Source: Candidatus Latescibacterota bacterium
GTDB lineage: Bacteria; Latescibacterota; UBA2968; UBA8231
Reading direction: 5' to 3'
NCBI GenBank assembly: GCA_965248265.1
Contig: CBDFJF010000002.1
Span: 1,216,001 to 1,280,000, forward strand
Length of the DNA stretch: 64,000 nucleotides
The notes under the pieces were generated by a model. That model made no database searches and was not told where the DNA came from. It was given only the letters and a program-made list of their open reading frames with translations. Below, piece after piece: positions 26,146 through 35,074 of this stretch (the stretch's first letter is position 1; every line of letters begins with the position of its first letter). The position numbers were made by a program, and so were the translations under genes.

Positions 26146-28760
26146 TGACCTGGATGCCTAAAAAGGCGTTTAATATAGGGTCTTCTTAAAATTCCATGGG
26201 CCACCATCTTTGGAGGCAAGACCATTTTCAATTTTGAAAAATCAAATGTTTCTGCGCTCCAACGGACATTCCTAAAAACATCACTTTTATAAATCTGATT
26301 GAGGACATACATATAGTGGCCAGCCTCGGTGAGCATGGGGAGCATCTTTCGATCCTTGACACAAGTTGGGCACCAGGCCGTCAAACCCTGATAATCCATA
26401 AAATCATCTGAAGTATTCCAATGATTAAAAGTAGATTTTCCATACTCCATGGTGGGCCAATTATCGCTCACTGGCCTGGCCCCCTGGGTAGCTTTTTCAA
26501 GTGTGGCTGAATTGGCAACAAAAGAGCCCACAATCTGAGTCACACCGTTCATCTCAACATTTTCTAGATCTTTAGCTACTGCAGGAAGGGAGTTGATTCT
26601 CGTTTCCAACTCAAAAGGGTCTATGGTGTTGCCGGCGTCTTTTCTTCCAATAAGAATAAATTGATCAAAGGCGCCAGCCACCATCACCGCATTTGAGAAA
26701 TTATCCACAAAGGCCCGGACTAGTTCTCGAACTGTGTCAGCCGGAAGCTGGCGAATGGGCAGCCACTGACTCAGAAATCCTCCAGACTTCAATCGCCGAC
26801 GTGCCAATTTATAGAATTCCGTTGAGTAAAGAGATGAAACACCGGCATGGGAAAGAGGGGGCGGTTCCAAGGTCACCAAATCATATTTTTCGTCGGAACC
26901 CATTCGAAGATGCTGTCTTCCGTCGTTTATAAAAACTCGAACTCTAGGATCTAACAGAACATTCTTATTGGATTCAGCAAAAAGAGGGGCTTGTCCCAAA
27001 ACATGCTTGGATAAATCAGCGATTTCAATATTTTTAACAGTGGGATGGAGTGAAGCAGCGTGAACGGTATTGCCCACACCAAAACAAATAACGAGGACCG
27101 ATTCAGGGCTTTCCATTTGTAAAAGAGGAATATGAGAAAAAGCCCTCATATACCTTTGAGACCCCATACTAGTTGAAGACATAACATGGCCATTGGTCCA
27201 AAGGATTCTATACCCACTCACCTTTTCTTGGGTGACGACAATGGTTTCCAAAATTCCTTCACTCACCCGAATCGCGGGCCCATCGACCAGAGCCGCTTGA
27301 TTGGGAAAGCTTTTGTACAAAAGAGTTCCAGGAGGAACCCTCGTCCACAAATAGAAGCCAATCATGAGGGAAATAGCAGGGACCCCGTTCACAAGAACGG
27401 GTATCAAACTAAATTTGAATGATCCCGCTTTCACAAATGCCCACGTGACAATGGGAAGACAAGCGATGGCCCCCGCCATTGCCATAATCAAGGTGACTTT
27501 CTGCATTCCAAATTCAGGGAGGAGATAAAACCCAACGAGAAGAGTCCCCAGGACCCCCCCCAAGCAATTCCACAAATAAATCAAGCCAGCTCTGCGCCCA
27601 ACCTCCAAATTTTGATGTTGAACCAAACCATTCAACAAAGGGAAGAGCATTCCCATCATCAATGCCGGCACACCTAAAACCTGGGTTATATATTTGATGT
27701 ACTGGACATTCCCTACAAAGGACCTAAAGAAGGGGGGGGCCCCCTCCATGGCTAAGTTAAAACTTGGAGCTGCCAGGGACTCGTGAGAGGCTGAATAAAT
27801 AGTCAAAAGAACTCCCCCCGAGAACGCCATCAGGACCAGCACGACCATTTGTTCGTGATTTTTAAACTTACGAGATAGGACGGAGCCGAAAATGGCTCCA
27901 CAAAAAATGGCGAGTAAAATCACCGTAAGGAGCAAAGAAAAAACAGCCCTTGAGTTTCCAAGGGTCCCAACTAAATACCGAAACCAAAGAACCTCCATCC
28001 CCATACTTGCTAGACCAGCAAGACAAGCGGTCAATGGAATCAGGTAAATCCAAGGGCCTTCAGAATGGGAGCCATGCTTTAATCTGCTATCGACAATATC
28101 TCCGTTATCAGGTAGCCTTCCTAGCAAGGAAACAGCGGCGAGAGCCGAAAATACATTTAAGCCTGCCGCAACCAACTGAGCCCCAAACAAGCCGAGATTT
28201 GGAATAAACAAAAAGTCGCTTAAAAATGCCCCACTAGCGGCCCCCAAAGTGTTGAAGGCATAGAGCATTCCGATAGTCCAGGAAGCATGATTTAGATTGG
28301 TGCGTACGAGAGTCCGAACGAGAAATGTGAGTGTGCAACCCATCAAAAATGAAAGGGGGGCGATAGACAGGGTAGCCACGAGGTATCTAAAGAAATAAGA
28401 GGAAAAGGTCAGTTCCCAGTATCCATTTTCGCCAATGCGATAGGAAGAGAAAAGGGCAGAAATTTTTTCAAGATCGGAAAAGAAGAGAGCCAAAGCCATG
28501 GCACCCAATGCAATCCCAATTTCACAACGGGCGTAGTATTTCAGGGGCACCCGAGGGGACAAGTTGAGTTTCTTATCTGATAGTCTCCCTGCGAAGTAGG
28601 CTCCTAGCCCCAAACAGGAGATAAAAACTCCTGTAACCAGAGAGGCTGAATAAACCGTATTGCCAAAGACCTGCCCGAACTCACGGACCCATATCACCTG
28701 GTAAACAAGACCGCTGATCCCGGAGAAAAAGAAAATAGCAAAAAGTGCAAATGCCGTCAT
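26142..28760 (-). CDS. Fused multi-pass membrane / spermidine-synthase-like protein in an AT-richer island
   Basis: FFSGISGLVYQVIWVR, LYAFNTLGA and multiple TM helices. The C-domain has VLVICFGVGNT, INDGR and LEPPP...SLYSTEFY...QWLP. Confidence 0.88.
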   Translation of the reverse strand: MTAFALFAIFFFSGISGLVYQVIWVREFGQVFGNTVYSASLVTGVFISCLGLGAYFAGRLSDKKLNLSPRVPLKYYARCEIGIALGAMALALFFSDLEKISALFSSYRIGENGYWELTFSSYFFRYLVATLSIAPLSFLMGCTLTFLVRTLVRTNLNHASWTIGMLYAFNTLGAASGAFLSDFLFIPNLGLFGAQLVAAGLNVFSALAAVSLLGRLPDNGDIVDSRLKHGSHSEGPWIYLIPLTACLAGLASMGMEVLWFRYLVGTLGNSRAVFSLLLTVILLAIFCGAIFGSVLSRKFKNHEQMVVLVLMAFSGGVLLTIYSASHESLAAPSFNLAMEGAPPFFRSFVGNVQYIKYITQVLGVPALMMGMLFPLLNGLVQHQNLEVGRRAGLIYLWNCLGGVLGTLLVGFYLLPEFGMQKVTLIMAMAGAIACLPIVTWAFVKAGSFKFSLIPVLVNGVPAISLMIGFYLWTRVPPGTLLYKSFPNQAALVDGPAIRVSEGILETIVVTQEKVSGYRILWTNGHVMSSTSMGSQRYMRAFSHIPLLQMESPESVLVICFGVGNTVHAASLHPTVKNIEIADLSKHVLGQAPLFAESNKNVLLDPRVRVFINDGRQHLRMGSDEKYDLVTLEPPPLSHAGVSSLYSTEFYKLARRRLKSGGFLSQWLPIRQLPADTVRELVRAFVDNFSNAVMVAGAFDQFILIGRKDAGNTIDPFELETRINSLPAVAKDLENVEMNGVTQIVGSFVANSATLEKATQGARPVSDNWPTMEYGKSTFNHWNTSDDFMDYQGLTAWCPTCVKDRKMLPMLTEAGHYMYVLNQIYKSDVFRNVRWSAETFDFSKLKMVLPPKMVAHGILRRPYIKRLFRHPGQ

Positions 28761-29110
28761 CGCGTATCGTATGGTTTGGGGGTCGTCAAAAAGCCTTCTG
28801 CCAGTAATTTTGTCGGCAAATGAACTTGCATCGTTTCATTTCCATAACTATTGGCTCCCCACCACTTTACCTTTTGAAAAAATTTACTTTTGTAAATCCT
28901 GTGCAAAACCAACGAATAATCTGAGGCTGCCTTATACTGTGGCAAACGATGACCTCCCTCACACTCTCAGCAGAGAGCTGGCGAATGGGAAGACACTGGG
29001 TGAGAATCCCCCCTTGCTTCAGTCTGCTTCGGGCCAATCTATAAAATTCCGTAGAACAGAGCGAGGAACCCTCAGCATGGATCAGTGGAGGTGGCTCCAA
29101 GGCCAGCATC
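28757..29110 (-). pseudogene. Internally deleted 3' part of an upstream paralogue of the spermidine-synthase-like gene
   Basis: LEPPPLIHAEGSSLCSTEFYRLARSRLKQGGILTQCLPIRQL is joined out of frame to LPQYKAASDYSLVLHRIYKS...VKW...VHLPTKLLAEGFL. More than 100 codons between them are missing. Confidence 0.85.
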
Positions 29111-29135
29111 AGCGGATATCGGAGTGCAGGTAGAG

Positions 29136-29234
29136 ATGACGACGCAATCGACACGAGGTTCACCGATCATTCTTACGGACGGGTCGGAATTCCCGATCTG
29201 GCAGGACGAGACCGAATACCGGAAGGTGTACTAT
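29136..29234 (+). pseudogene. N-terminal 33 codons of another beta-helix paralogue
   Basis: MTTQSTRGSPIILTDGSEFPIWQDETEYRKVYY versus MTMPNDDSPILLPDGTQFPVWEDETEYAKAYY at 19426. Confidence 0.85.
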
Positions 29235-29275
29235 GGGGCGGAACTGCCCTACACATCGACAACTGAGGTGGCACT

Positions 29276-30100
29276 ATGGACTTGAGCGGCAAGGTCGCGT
29301 TGGTAACCGGCGCAGGCAGTGGGATCGGCAAGGCATCGGCCCTGGTGATGGCGGGCGCGGGAGCCGATATGGTCGTCAACGACGTGGACGAGGCGAAGGC
29401 AAGCGCCGTGACAGCCGCCGTCGAGGAGATGGGCCGGCGGGCGCTGACGAAGGTCGCCGATGTCTCCGACCCCGACGCCGTCGACGGCATGGTCGATGAA
29501 GTGGTGGACGGCGATGGCGGACTCGGTGCGATCGATATTCTCGTCAACAACGCCGCGATCTATATACGTCACGACGGGGAGGTCGGCACGTTGCCCCACG
29601 AGGCCTGGCATGGAGTGCTCGACGTCAACCTGCACGGCGTGTTCTATTGCACGCAGGCGGTGTTGCGCCACATGATACCGCGCAAAGCGGGCGGTAAGAT
29701 CATCAACCTGAGTTCCGTGCTGTCGCAGACGGCGCACTTCGAGACATCGTCCTACCACGTTTCCAAGGCAGGGGTCAACGCCCTGACCCGGTGTCTGGCC
29801 GTCGACCTGGCTCCCTACAAGATCAACGTGAACGCCGTCGGCCCCGGAGCTATCGCTACCGAAGGACTCGGCGCCAGCATCGACGAAGCCGTGATTGCCG
29901 GGTACCGGCGCCGGATCCCGATGGGTGCTCGTGGCCGTCCCGAGGACATCGCCAACACGGTCGCCTTCCTGGCCTCCGACGAGGCGCGCTACATCACCGG
30001 ACAGATCATCTACGTCGATGGGGGATATCTCGTCGACAGCACTCCCGAAGACATCAAGAGACAGGACCATCCGGTACCGCCGGACGATCCCGACGCCTGA
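29276..30100 (+). CDS. Short-chain dehydrogenase/reductase (FabG-like)
   Basis: TGAGSGIG, NNAA, YHVSK, VNAVGPG, ITGQIIYVDGG. Confidence 0.93.
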   Translation: MDLSGKVALVTGAGSGIGKASALVMAGAGADMVVNDVDEAKASAVTAAVEEMGRRALTKVADVSDPDAVDGMVDEVVDGDGGLGAIDILVNNAAIYIRHDGEVGTLPHEAWHGVLDVNLHGVFYCTQAVLRHMIPRKAGGKIINLSSVLSQTAHFETSSYHVSKAGVNALTRCLAVDLAPYKINVNAVGPGAIATEGLGASIDEAVIAGYRRRIPMGARGRPEDIANTVAFLASDEARYITGQIIYVDGGYLVDSTPEDIKRQDHPVPPDDPDA

Positions 30101-30131
30101 AGGTTCCAGGTGCAACCACAAGGTGAATAAT

Positions 30132-31160
30132 ATGAAAGCTCTCGTTAAGACGGCCAAAGGCATCGGCAACCTGGAGGTCCTCGAGATGCCTGAACCGGTT
30201 CCGGCGCCGGACCAACTCAAGATCGAAGTCAAGGCTGGAGCGATCTGCGGCACCGACCTCCATATTCACGACGACGAGTATGTGAATTGTCCGCCGATGG
30301 TGCTGGGGCATGAGATGTCCGGCGTCGTGGTCGAAGTCGGCGATGCCGTTACGCGCTTCAGCGTCGGTGATCGTGTGACCTCCGAAACCTTCAAGTTTAC
30401 CTGCGGCCAATGCCGGTTTTGCCAGACTGGGTTGATTGGACTCTGCGTCAATCGCGACAGTATGGGCGTTCATGTCGACGGCGCGTTCGCGAACTATGTC
30501 TGTCAGCGCGAAGAGAGTCTTCACAAACTGCCGGACAACGTCGATTTCGAGGCTGGCTCGATGTCTGAGCCGACTGCGGTCGCTGTGCGAGCAGTGTACG
30601 AGCGTGCCAGGATTTCACCTGGTGACACCGTGTTCGTCTCTGGGCCGGGGCCGGTGGGGCTGCTTTGTCTGCAGGCAGCGAAATCGATTGGCGCAACCGT
30701 TGTGCTGGCTGGTGCAGCGGGTGATAAGAATCGCCTTGCTCTTGGTAAGAATCTGGGAGCAGATGCCATTGTGAATGTCGCCAATGATTCCTTCGACACA
30801 CTTCTTGATATGACCGATGGACTCGGTGCCGATGTCGTCATCGAATGTGGCGGTTCAAAGGCGTCGCTCGATCAGTGCATCGCACAGGCGCGCAAAGGCG
30901 GACAACTCGTGCTGGTCGGTCTGTTCGGCGGCGAGATTGCGGTCGGTCTGGACACCGCGATCATCAAAGAGTTGACGATTCTGCCGAGCTTTGCTTATCG
31001 CCACAGGACGTGGGAGCGCACGATGCGGTTGCTGGGCGAAGGCAAGATAAAAACCGGGCCGCTGGTCAGTGGTCGGTTTCCGATAACCGAATGGGAAAAT
31101 GCGTTCGAAACCGTCCGTTCCCGTCAAGGCAACAAGTATCTGCTGTTGCCGGTTGACTGA
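30132..31160 (+). CDS. Zinc-dependent (sorbitol/threonine-type) dehydrogenase
   Basis: ICGTDLH, GHE, CGQCRFC...C, EP, GPGPVG. Confidence 0.93.
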   Translation: MKALVKTAKGIGNLEVLEMPEPVPAPDQLKIEVKAGAICGTDLHIHDDEYVNCPPMVLGHEMSGVVVEVGDAVTRFSVGDRVTSETFKFTCGQCRFCQTGLIGLCVNRDSMGVHVDGAFANYVCQREESLHKLPDNVDFEAGSMSEPTAVAVRAVYERARISPGDTVFVSGPGPVGLLCLQAAKSIGATVVLAGAAGDKNRLALGKNLGADAIVNVANDSFDTLLDMTDGLGADVVIECGGSKASLDQCIAQARKGGQLVLVGLFGGEIAVGLDTAIIKELTILPSFAYRHRTWERTMRLLGEGKIKTGPLVSGRFPITEWENAFETVRSRQGNKYLLLPVD

Positions 31161-31254
31161 CTGTCTATCACGAACCAAAGGAGTTTATCAATGGCGATTC
31201 TCAACGGCGATCCCTTGCGTTTCTCGAATGCTGCGGAGAGTACGCAGGCAGGAG

Positions 31255-32244
31255 TCAGACGTTTACCGCTGGACTCCAATATTTCCAGAGGTTCTGTGGC
31301 ACGTCGTATCGGCTGAGTTTCCGGCCTGGGTGATCCGCTGGTAGAAACCCTGTCGCCGTCGCGAGCTCGTCATCCTCGTGCGGTGATGATGTCGGTGGGC
31401 GTGACCATGGCGTGCCGTCTTTATCGGGAAACATGACGATCGGTGCCTGCTCGCGCATTTCCCTGTGGGAGTACCGTGCAAACTGCGCCACGCGCGGTTG
31501 CTGCGACGCCGCCGCGTTGGCCGAGCCGATGTGCATGGTGAGGCCGTGCAGCAGCAATGCGTCGCCAGCCCGCCCCGTCATGCATACCACCTCGCCCACG
31601 CTGGGGTCGCCGTCCAACAGCGCCCGGTGTCCACCGCTTCGCACAGGCTCTGTGAAGAGGTAGGAGCCGTCGAATTGCTCGGGGTGCTCGAGGAAATACC
31701 GGTGGTTCGCCAGGTGCGATCTCGGCCAGTAGGCCGTGCCACCGCCTCTGGGACTGCTGACGTCCCAGAGCAGTACGGCGAAGAACGCCATGAACCCACC
31801 GCCCCAGCGTGACGCGTACCCATCGAGGTGACCGTCAACCGGGGAGCTCCACTCCGTCCCCGGCTCGCTCGGCAGGATCACCCGTGTCATCGGTATCGGC
31901 ATCGACCACGGCTGCCCGGCCGGGTGGGTGGGGGCGAAGGCGCCCCCACCGATTTGCTCCACGATGGATTGCAGGCTTTCCAACTCGTACAGGATGGGGC
32001 TGAACTCGGGCCAGCTACCGGCGGGTGCATACCGGCCAGTGGGCCAGGTGCTGGGGTCGTCGATATGGACGCCGTCGTCGGAGCAGGCGGCGCGTATTTG
32101 CGCCCGCCATCCCTCAAGCACATCAGAAGGTACCAACCCGGGGACCGCCAGCGCCCCCTCTGCCTTGAACTCGTCCAGCTGTGCCGGCGACAGCTGCATG
32201 CTCGGTCCGACGCCAGGCTCACGCGTTTCTGATCGATTCACCAT
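31255..32244 (-). CDS. PhyH-like dioxygenase (divergent)
   Basis: LDEFKAEG, GHLDGY, YWPRSH, AGDALLLHGLTMHIGS. Same subfamily motifs as 24145. Start is 32244 or 32199. Confidence 0.8.
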   Translation of the reverse strand: MVNRSETREPGVGPSMQLSPAQLDEFKAEGALAVPGLVPSDVLEGWRAQIRAACSDDGVHIDDPSTWPTGRYAPAGSWPEFSPILYELESLQSIVEQIGGGAFAPTHPAGQPWSMPIPMTRVILPSEPGTEWSSPVDGHLDGYASRWGGGFMAFFAVLLWDVSSPRGGGTAYWPRSHLANHRYFLEHPEQFDGSYLFTEPVRSGGHRALLDGDPSVGEVVCMTGRAGDALLLHGLTMHIGSANAAASQQPRVAQFARYSHREMREQAPIVMFPDKDGTPWSRPPTSSPHEDDELATATGFLPADHPGRKLSRYDVPQNLWKYWSPAVNV

Positions 32245-32515
32245 CAACACTCCATGAGGAATGAGACGAAAGTGAGCAATCGCTCACAGGAGAATGCTAA
32301 GAATACGATAGGTTCGGAGCCATCAGCAAGATTTTATGGGTGAAAGCTCCAAATTTCGCATTACCCCGAGTCGTCATTCGGAACGCAGACGTTGCAGTTG
32401 CTGGTCGATCCAATCTCGACCATAGCCTTCATCACTTGCTATCCGGTTTTCCCTTGGAACCGCACACGGCCTGTCGCCGACCACGGCGGCACCTCATGGA
32501 CATTCCTATATAGAT

Positions 32516-32592
32516 GCGAATCGGGAGTAGCCCAACATGAATTGAGATCAGGAGTTGGTTAGGTTAGGCGACTAATCAGGATCCCGATTCGC
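32516..32592 (+). ncRNA. Candidate structured leader RNA (three-way junction)
   Basis: 11-bp perfect stem GCGAATCGGGA/TCCCGATTCGC. It encloses TAG(C)CCAAC/GTTGGTTA and a GGTTAG-GCGA-CTAATC GNRA hairpin, and ends 3 nt before the AGAGGA RBS. Confidence 0.45.
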
Positions 32593-32606
32593 GCAAGAGG
32601 ACGGGC

Positions 32607-34151
32607 ATGGCACTGATCGACATCGGTTCCACCAAGCAGCTTTTCGTAGACGACTACCTGATCGACGGCATGACCAACACGCGGCCGATCATGAACCCGG
32701 CGGTGAAGGTCAAGGAGAACCCGATCCTCCGCCCTGAGCGCCCCTGGGAAGGAACGCATCTGGCTCTTCAGATGGTCGTCTACGATAACGAGGAGCAAAT
32801 CTTCCGGATGTGGTACAGCCCGGGCCAGCACGTGGGTCAACGCCAGGGTGATACCATCGTCATGACGAACGCGTACGAGGGACCGCGCCATGCAAGCTGT
32901 CTGGCCACGTCGGAGGATGGGATCCATTGGGAGCGTCCGGAACTCGGGTTGGTCGAGTTCAAGGGATCGACCCGAAACAACCTCCTGCCACCCCAAAGCT
33001 CGATGCCCGAACTCTTTCCGCCGGAGAGAAAACCGGGATTCACTTTCTTCGATGATCCCCATGAGAAGGAGGCCGGCAAGCGCTTCAAGGGGCTGGTACG
33101 CACCTTCGGGGCGCTCGCACTCGACCCGGATGGACAGCAAGCCGCCAGTGGCGCTGTCCCTGCGGCTCCCCCTGGGATGAAGTTCCACCTCTACTACTCG
33201 CCCGATGGACGGGAGTGGACGGCCTGCGAGAGCAACCCGGTCATCGACTATTCGCCGAAACCGGGCCGCTGGGGGCCGACCAATTTCATGGGTTGGGATC
33301 CGATCCGCCAGGTGTACGCCGTCCACATGGAGAACAACCTGCACTGGCACGGTCCACTCGGGAAGCGGGTGATCGGTCGTGCCGAAAGCCCGGACATGAT
33401 CCACTGGAGCGAGGCGGAGACGATTCTGGTCCCGACCGAGCATGATACCCCGGACACGGAGTACTATGCGATGCCGGTGATCGCCTATGAGGGTCTGTAC
33501 GTTGGCATGTTGTGGAATTTCCGCACGACGAACCTGACCCATCACCCCCAGATCGTCTTCAGCCGGGATGGGATCCACTACAACCGGGAGTTCCGCGAGC
33601 CCTTCATCGTCCGCGGCCCCCGGGACGATTTTGACGCCAATTCCGTGTACGCGCGGGCGCCGATCGTCCATGGTGACCGCATACTCGTCTACTACTACGG
33701 TACCAATAGCCGATCACCAGAGCAGGCGTTCGACCTCGGTGACAAGGCGACCACGGCCATCGGACTGGCGACGCTTCCTCTGGATGGATTCGTTTCCCTC
33801 GACGGCTCGAAAGGTACCCTGGGCGCTTACCGGCCGGCCGACATCGGGCCGGGCAGCCAGATGGTCACCCGTTCATTCAGCTTCTCCGGAACCCAGTTGT
33901 ACCTCAACATGCAAGCGCCACCGCGGTTCAACAGCTCGGGATCGTGTGAGGTGCAGGTGGAGATCCTGGCGCCCAACTACGAACGCATCCCGGGATTTAC
34001 CGTCGACGACGCCGATGTTCTGACAACAACCGGCACGGCCCACGTCGCCAGCTGGAACGGCCAATCGGACGTCAGTCAGTTTCTGGGTCGAGCGATCCGG
34101 CTTCGGTTTTATATCAAAAGCGCCAAGCTTTACTCGTTTCAGTTTCGCTAG
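32607..34151 (+). CDS. Beta-propeller glycoside hydrolase-like hypothetical protein
   Basis: IDIGSTKQLFVDDYLI, PWEG, SEDGIHWERPELG, SRDGIHY, LDGFVSLD, AKLYSFQF. Paralogue of 14540. Confidence 0.78.
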   Translation: MALIDIGSTKQLFVDDYLIDGMTNTRPIMNPAVKVKENPILRPERPWEGTHLALQMVVYDNEEQIFRMWYSPGQHVGQRQGDTIVMTNAYEGPRHASCLATSEDGIHWERPELGLVEFKGSTRNNLLPPQSSMPELFPPERKPGFTFFDDPHEKEAGKRFKGLVRTFGALALDPDGQQAASGAVPAAPPGMKFHLYYSPDGREWTACESNPVIDYSPKPGRWGPTNFMGWDPIRQVYAVHMENNLHWHGPLGKRVIGRAESPDMIHWSEAETILVPTEHDTPDTEYYAMPVIAYEGLYVGMLWNFRTTNLTHHPQIVFSRDGIHYNREFREPFIVRGPRDDFDANSVYARAPIVHGDRILVYYYGTNSRSPEQAFDLGDKATTAIGLATLPLDGFVSLDGSKGTLGAYRPADIGPGSQMVTRSFSFSGTQLYLNMQAPPRFNSSGSCEVQVEILAPNYERIPGFTVDDADVLTTTGTAHVASWNGQSDVSQFLGRAIRLRFYIKSAKLYSFQFR

Positions 34152-34159
34152 AGGCTGAA

Positions 34160-35074
34160 ATGATAGATCGTGACCGCGTTCGCGAAGCCCTGACCGGACC
34201 CTTGACGTCGATCACCACACCCTTCAACAGGGATGGGACCGTCGACTACGACAGCTTGCGCCGGTTGCTGGATTTCAACATTGAGGCCGGCAGCAAGACC
34301 ATGCTGCTGACGGCGGGGGACAGCCACTACATCGCGATGTCGGATGAGGAAATCACGGAAGTCTCCAAGGCCACCGTCGAGCACACGGCGGGTCGGGCGA
34401 TGGTCGTCACTGCCGATCGTTACTACCACACGCGGCAGGCTGTAGAGTTTGCCAGGTACGCGGCGGACATCGGAGCGGATGTGCATATGGTTCTGCCCCC
34501 GGACTGGGGAGCCTCGTGCGCGCCCGAGACGGTATGCGATCACTACGCCGAGATCGCGGAGCAAATCCCCGTGATGATCGTGACCGGGTTCTTCATTCCG
34601 CGGGGTGAGGAGTTCGGGTTGAGGACCCTTAAGATGGTTCTGGATCGCGTCGACAACGTGGTCGCGATCAAGGATGACATGCACGGCAAGTTTGCCAGGC
34701 GGATGACACTGATGCTGCACGAGCACTGGGCTGTCTTCTCAGGAGGAGAGAAGCAAAACCACTTGGACCTGCATCCGTACGGTTGCCACGGCTACATGTC
34801 GACGTTTCTCTCGTTCAAGCCCCAGATCGCTCACGACTACTGGCGCGCCGTTCAATCCAATGATATGCCCTCCGCAACGTCGATCATCCGTAACCTCGAT
34901 CTGCCGCTGTTCGAGCTGCTGGGAACAACCACGGGTGGGTTCGACGCGGCCATTCACGGTTTGCTGGAGTTATACGGGATCTGCCAGCGCTGGCGTCCGC
35001 CGCCGTATTACAGTTTGAGCGATGCAGACATGGAAGAGTTGGACGACGGCCTTCGAGGACTGGGGCTACGGTAA
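34160..35074 (+). CDS. DapA/NanA-like class I aldolase (atypical)
   Basis: TPFNRDGTVDY and the Schiff-base lysine region VVAIKDD. TAGDS replaces GTTGE. Confidence 0.85.
   Translation: MIDRDRVREALTGPLTSITTPFNRDGTVDYDSLRRLLDFNIEAGSKTMLLTAGDSHYIAMSDEEITEVSKATVEHTAGRAMVVTADRYYHTRQAVEFARYAADIGADVHMVLPPDWGASCAPETVCDHYAEIAEQIPVMIVTGFFIPRGEEFGLRTLKMVLDRVDNVVAIKDDMHGKFARRMTLMLHEHWAVFSGGEKQNHLDLHPYGCHGYMSTFLSFKPQIAHDYWRAVQSNDMPSATSIIRNLDLPLFELLGTTTGGFDAAIHGLLELYGICQRWRPPPYYSLSDADMEELDDGLRGLGLR

Noticed and set aside
26142-28760. Gene symbol speE
   Set aside because: Canonical aminopropyltransferase motifs are altered and the protein is a membrane fusion, so the function is not established.
32516-32600. 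Assignment as a yybP-ykoY manganese riboswitch
   Set aside because: Only GGGAGTAGC matches. The complementary GCAAGACC-type strand and the conserved P3 loop are not in register, and the downstream genes are unrelated to metal transport.
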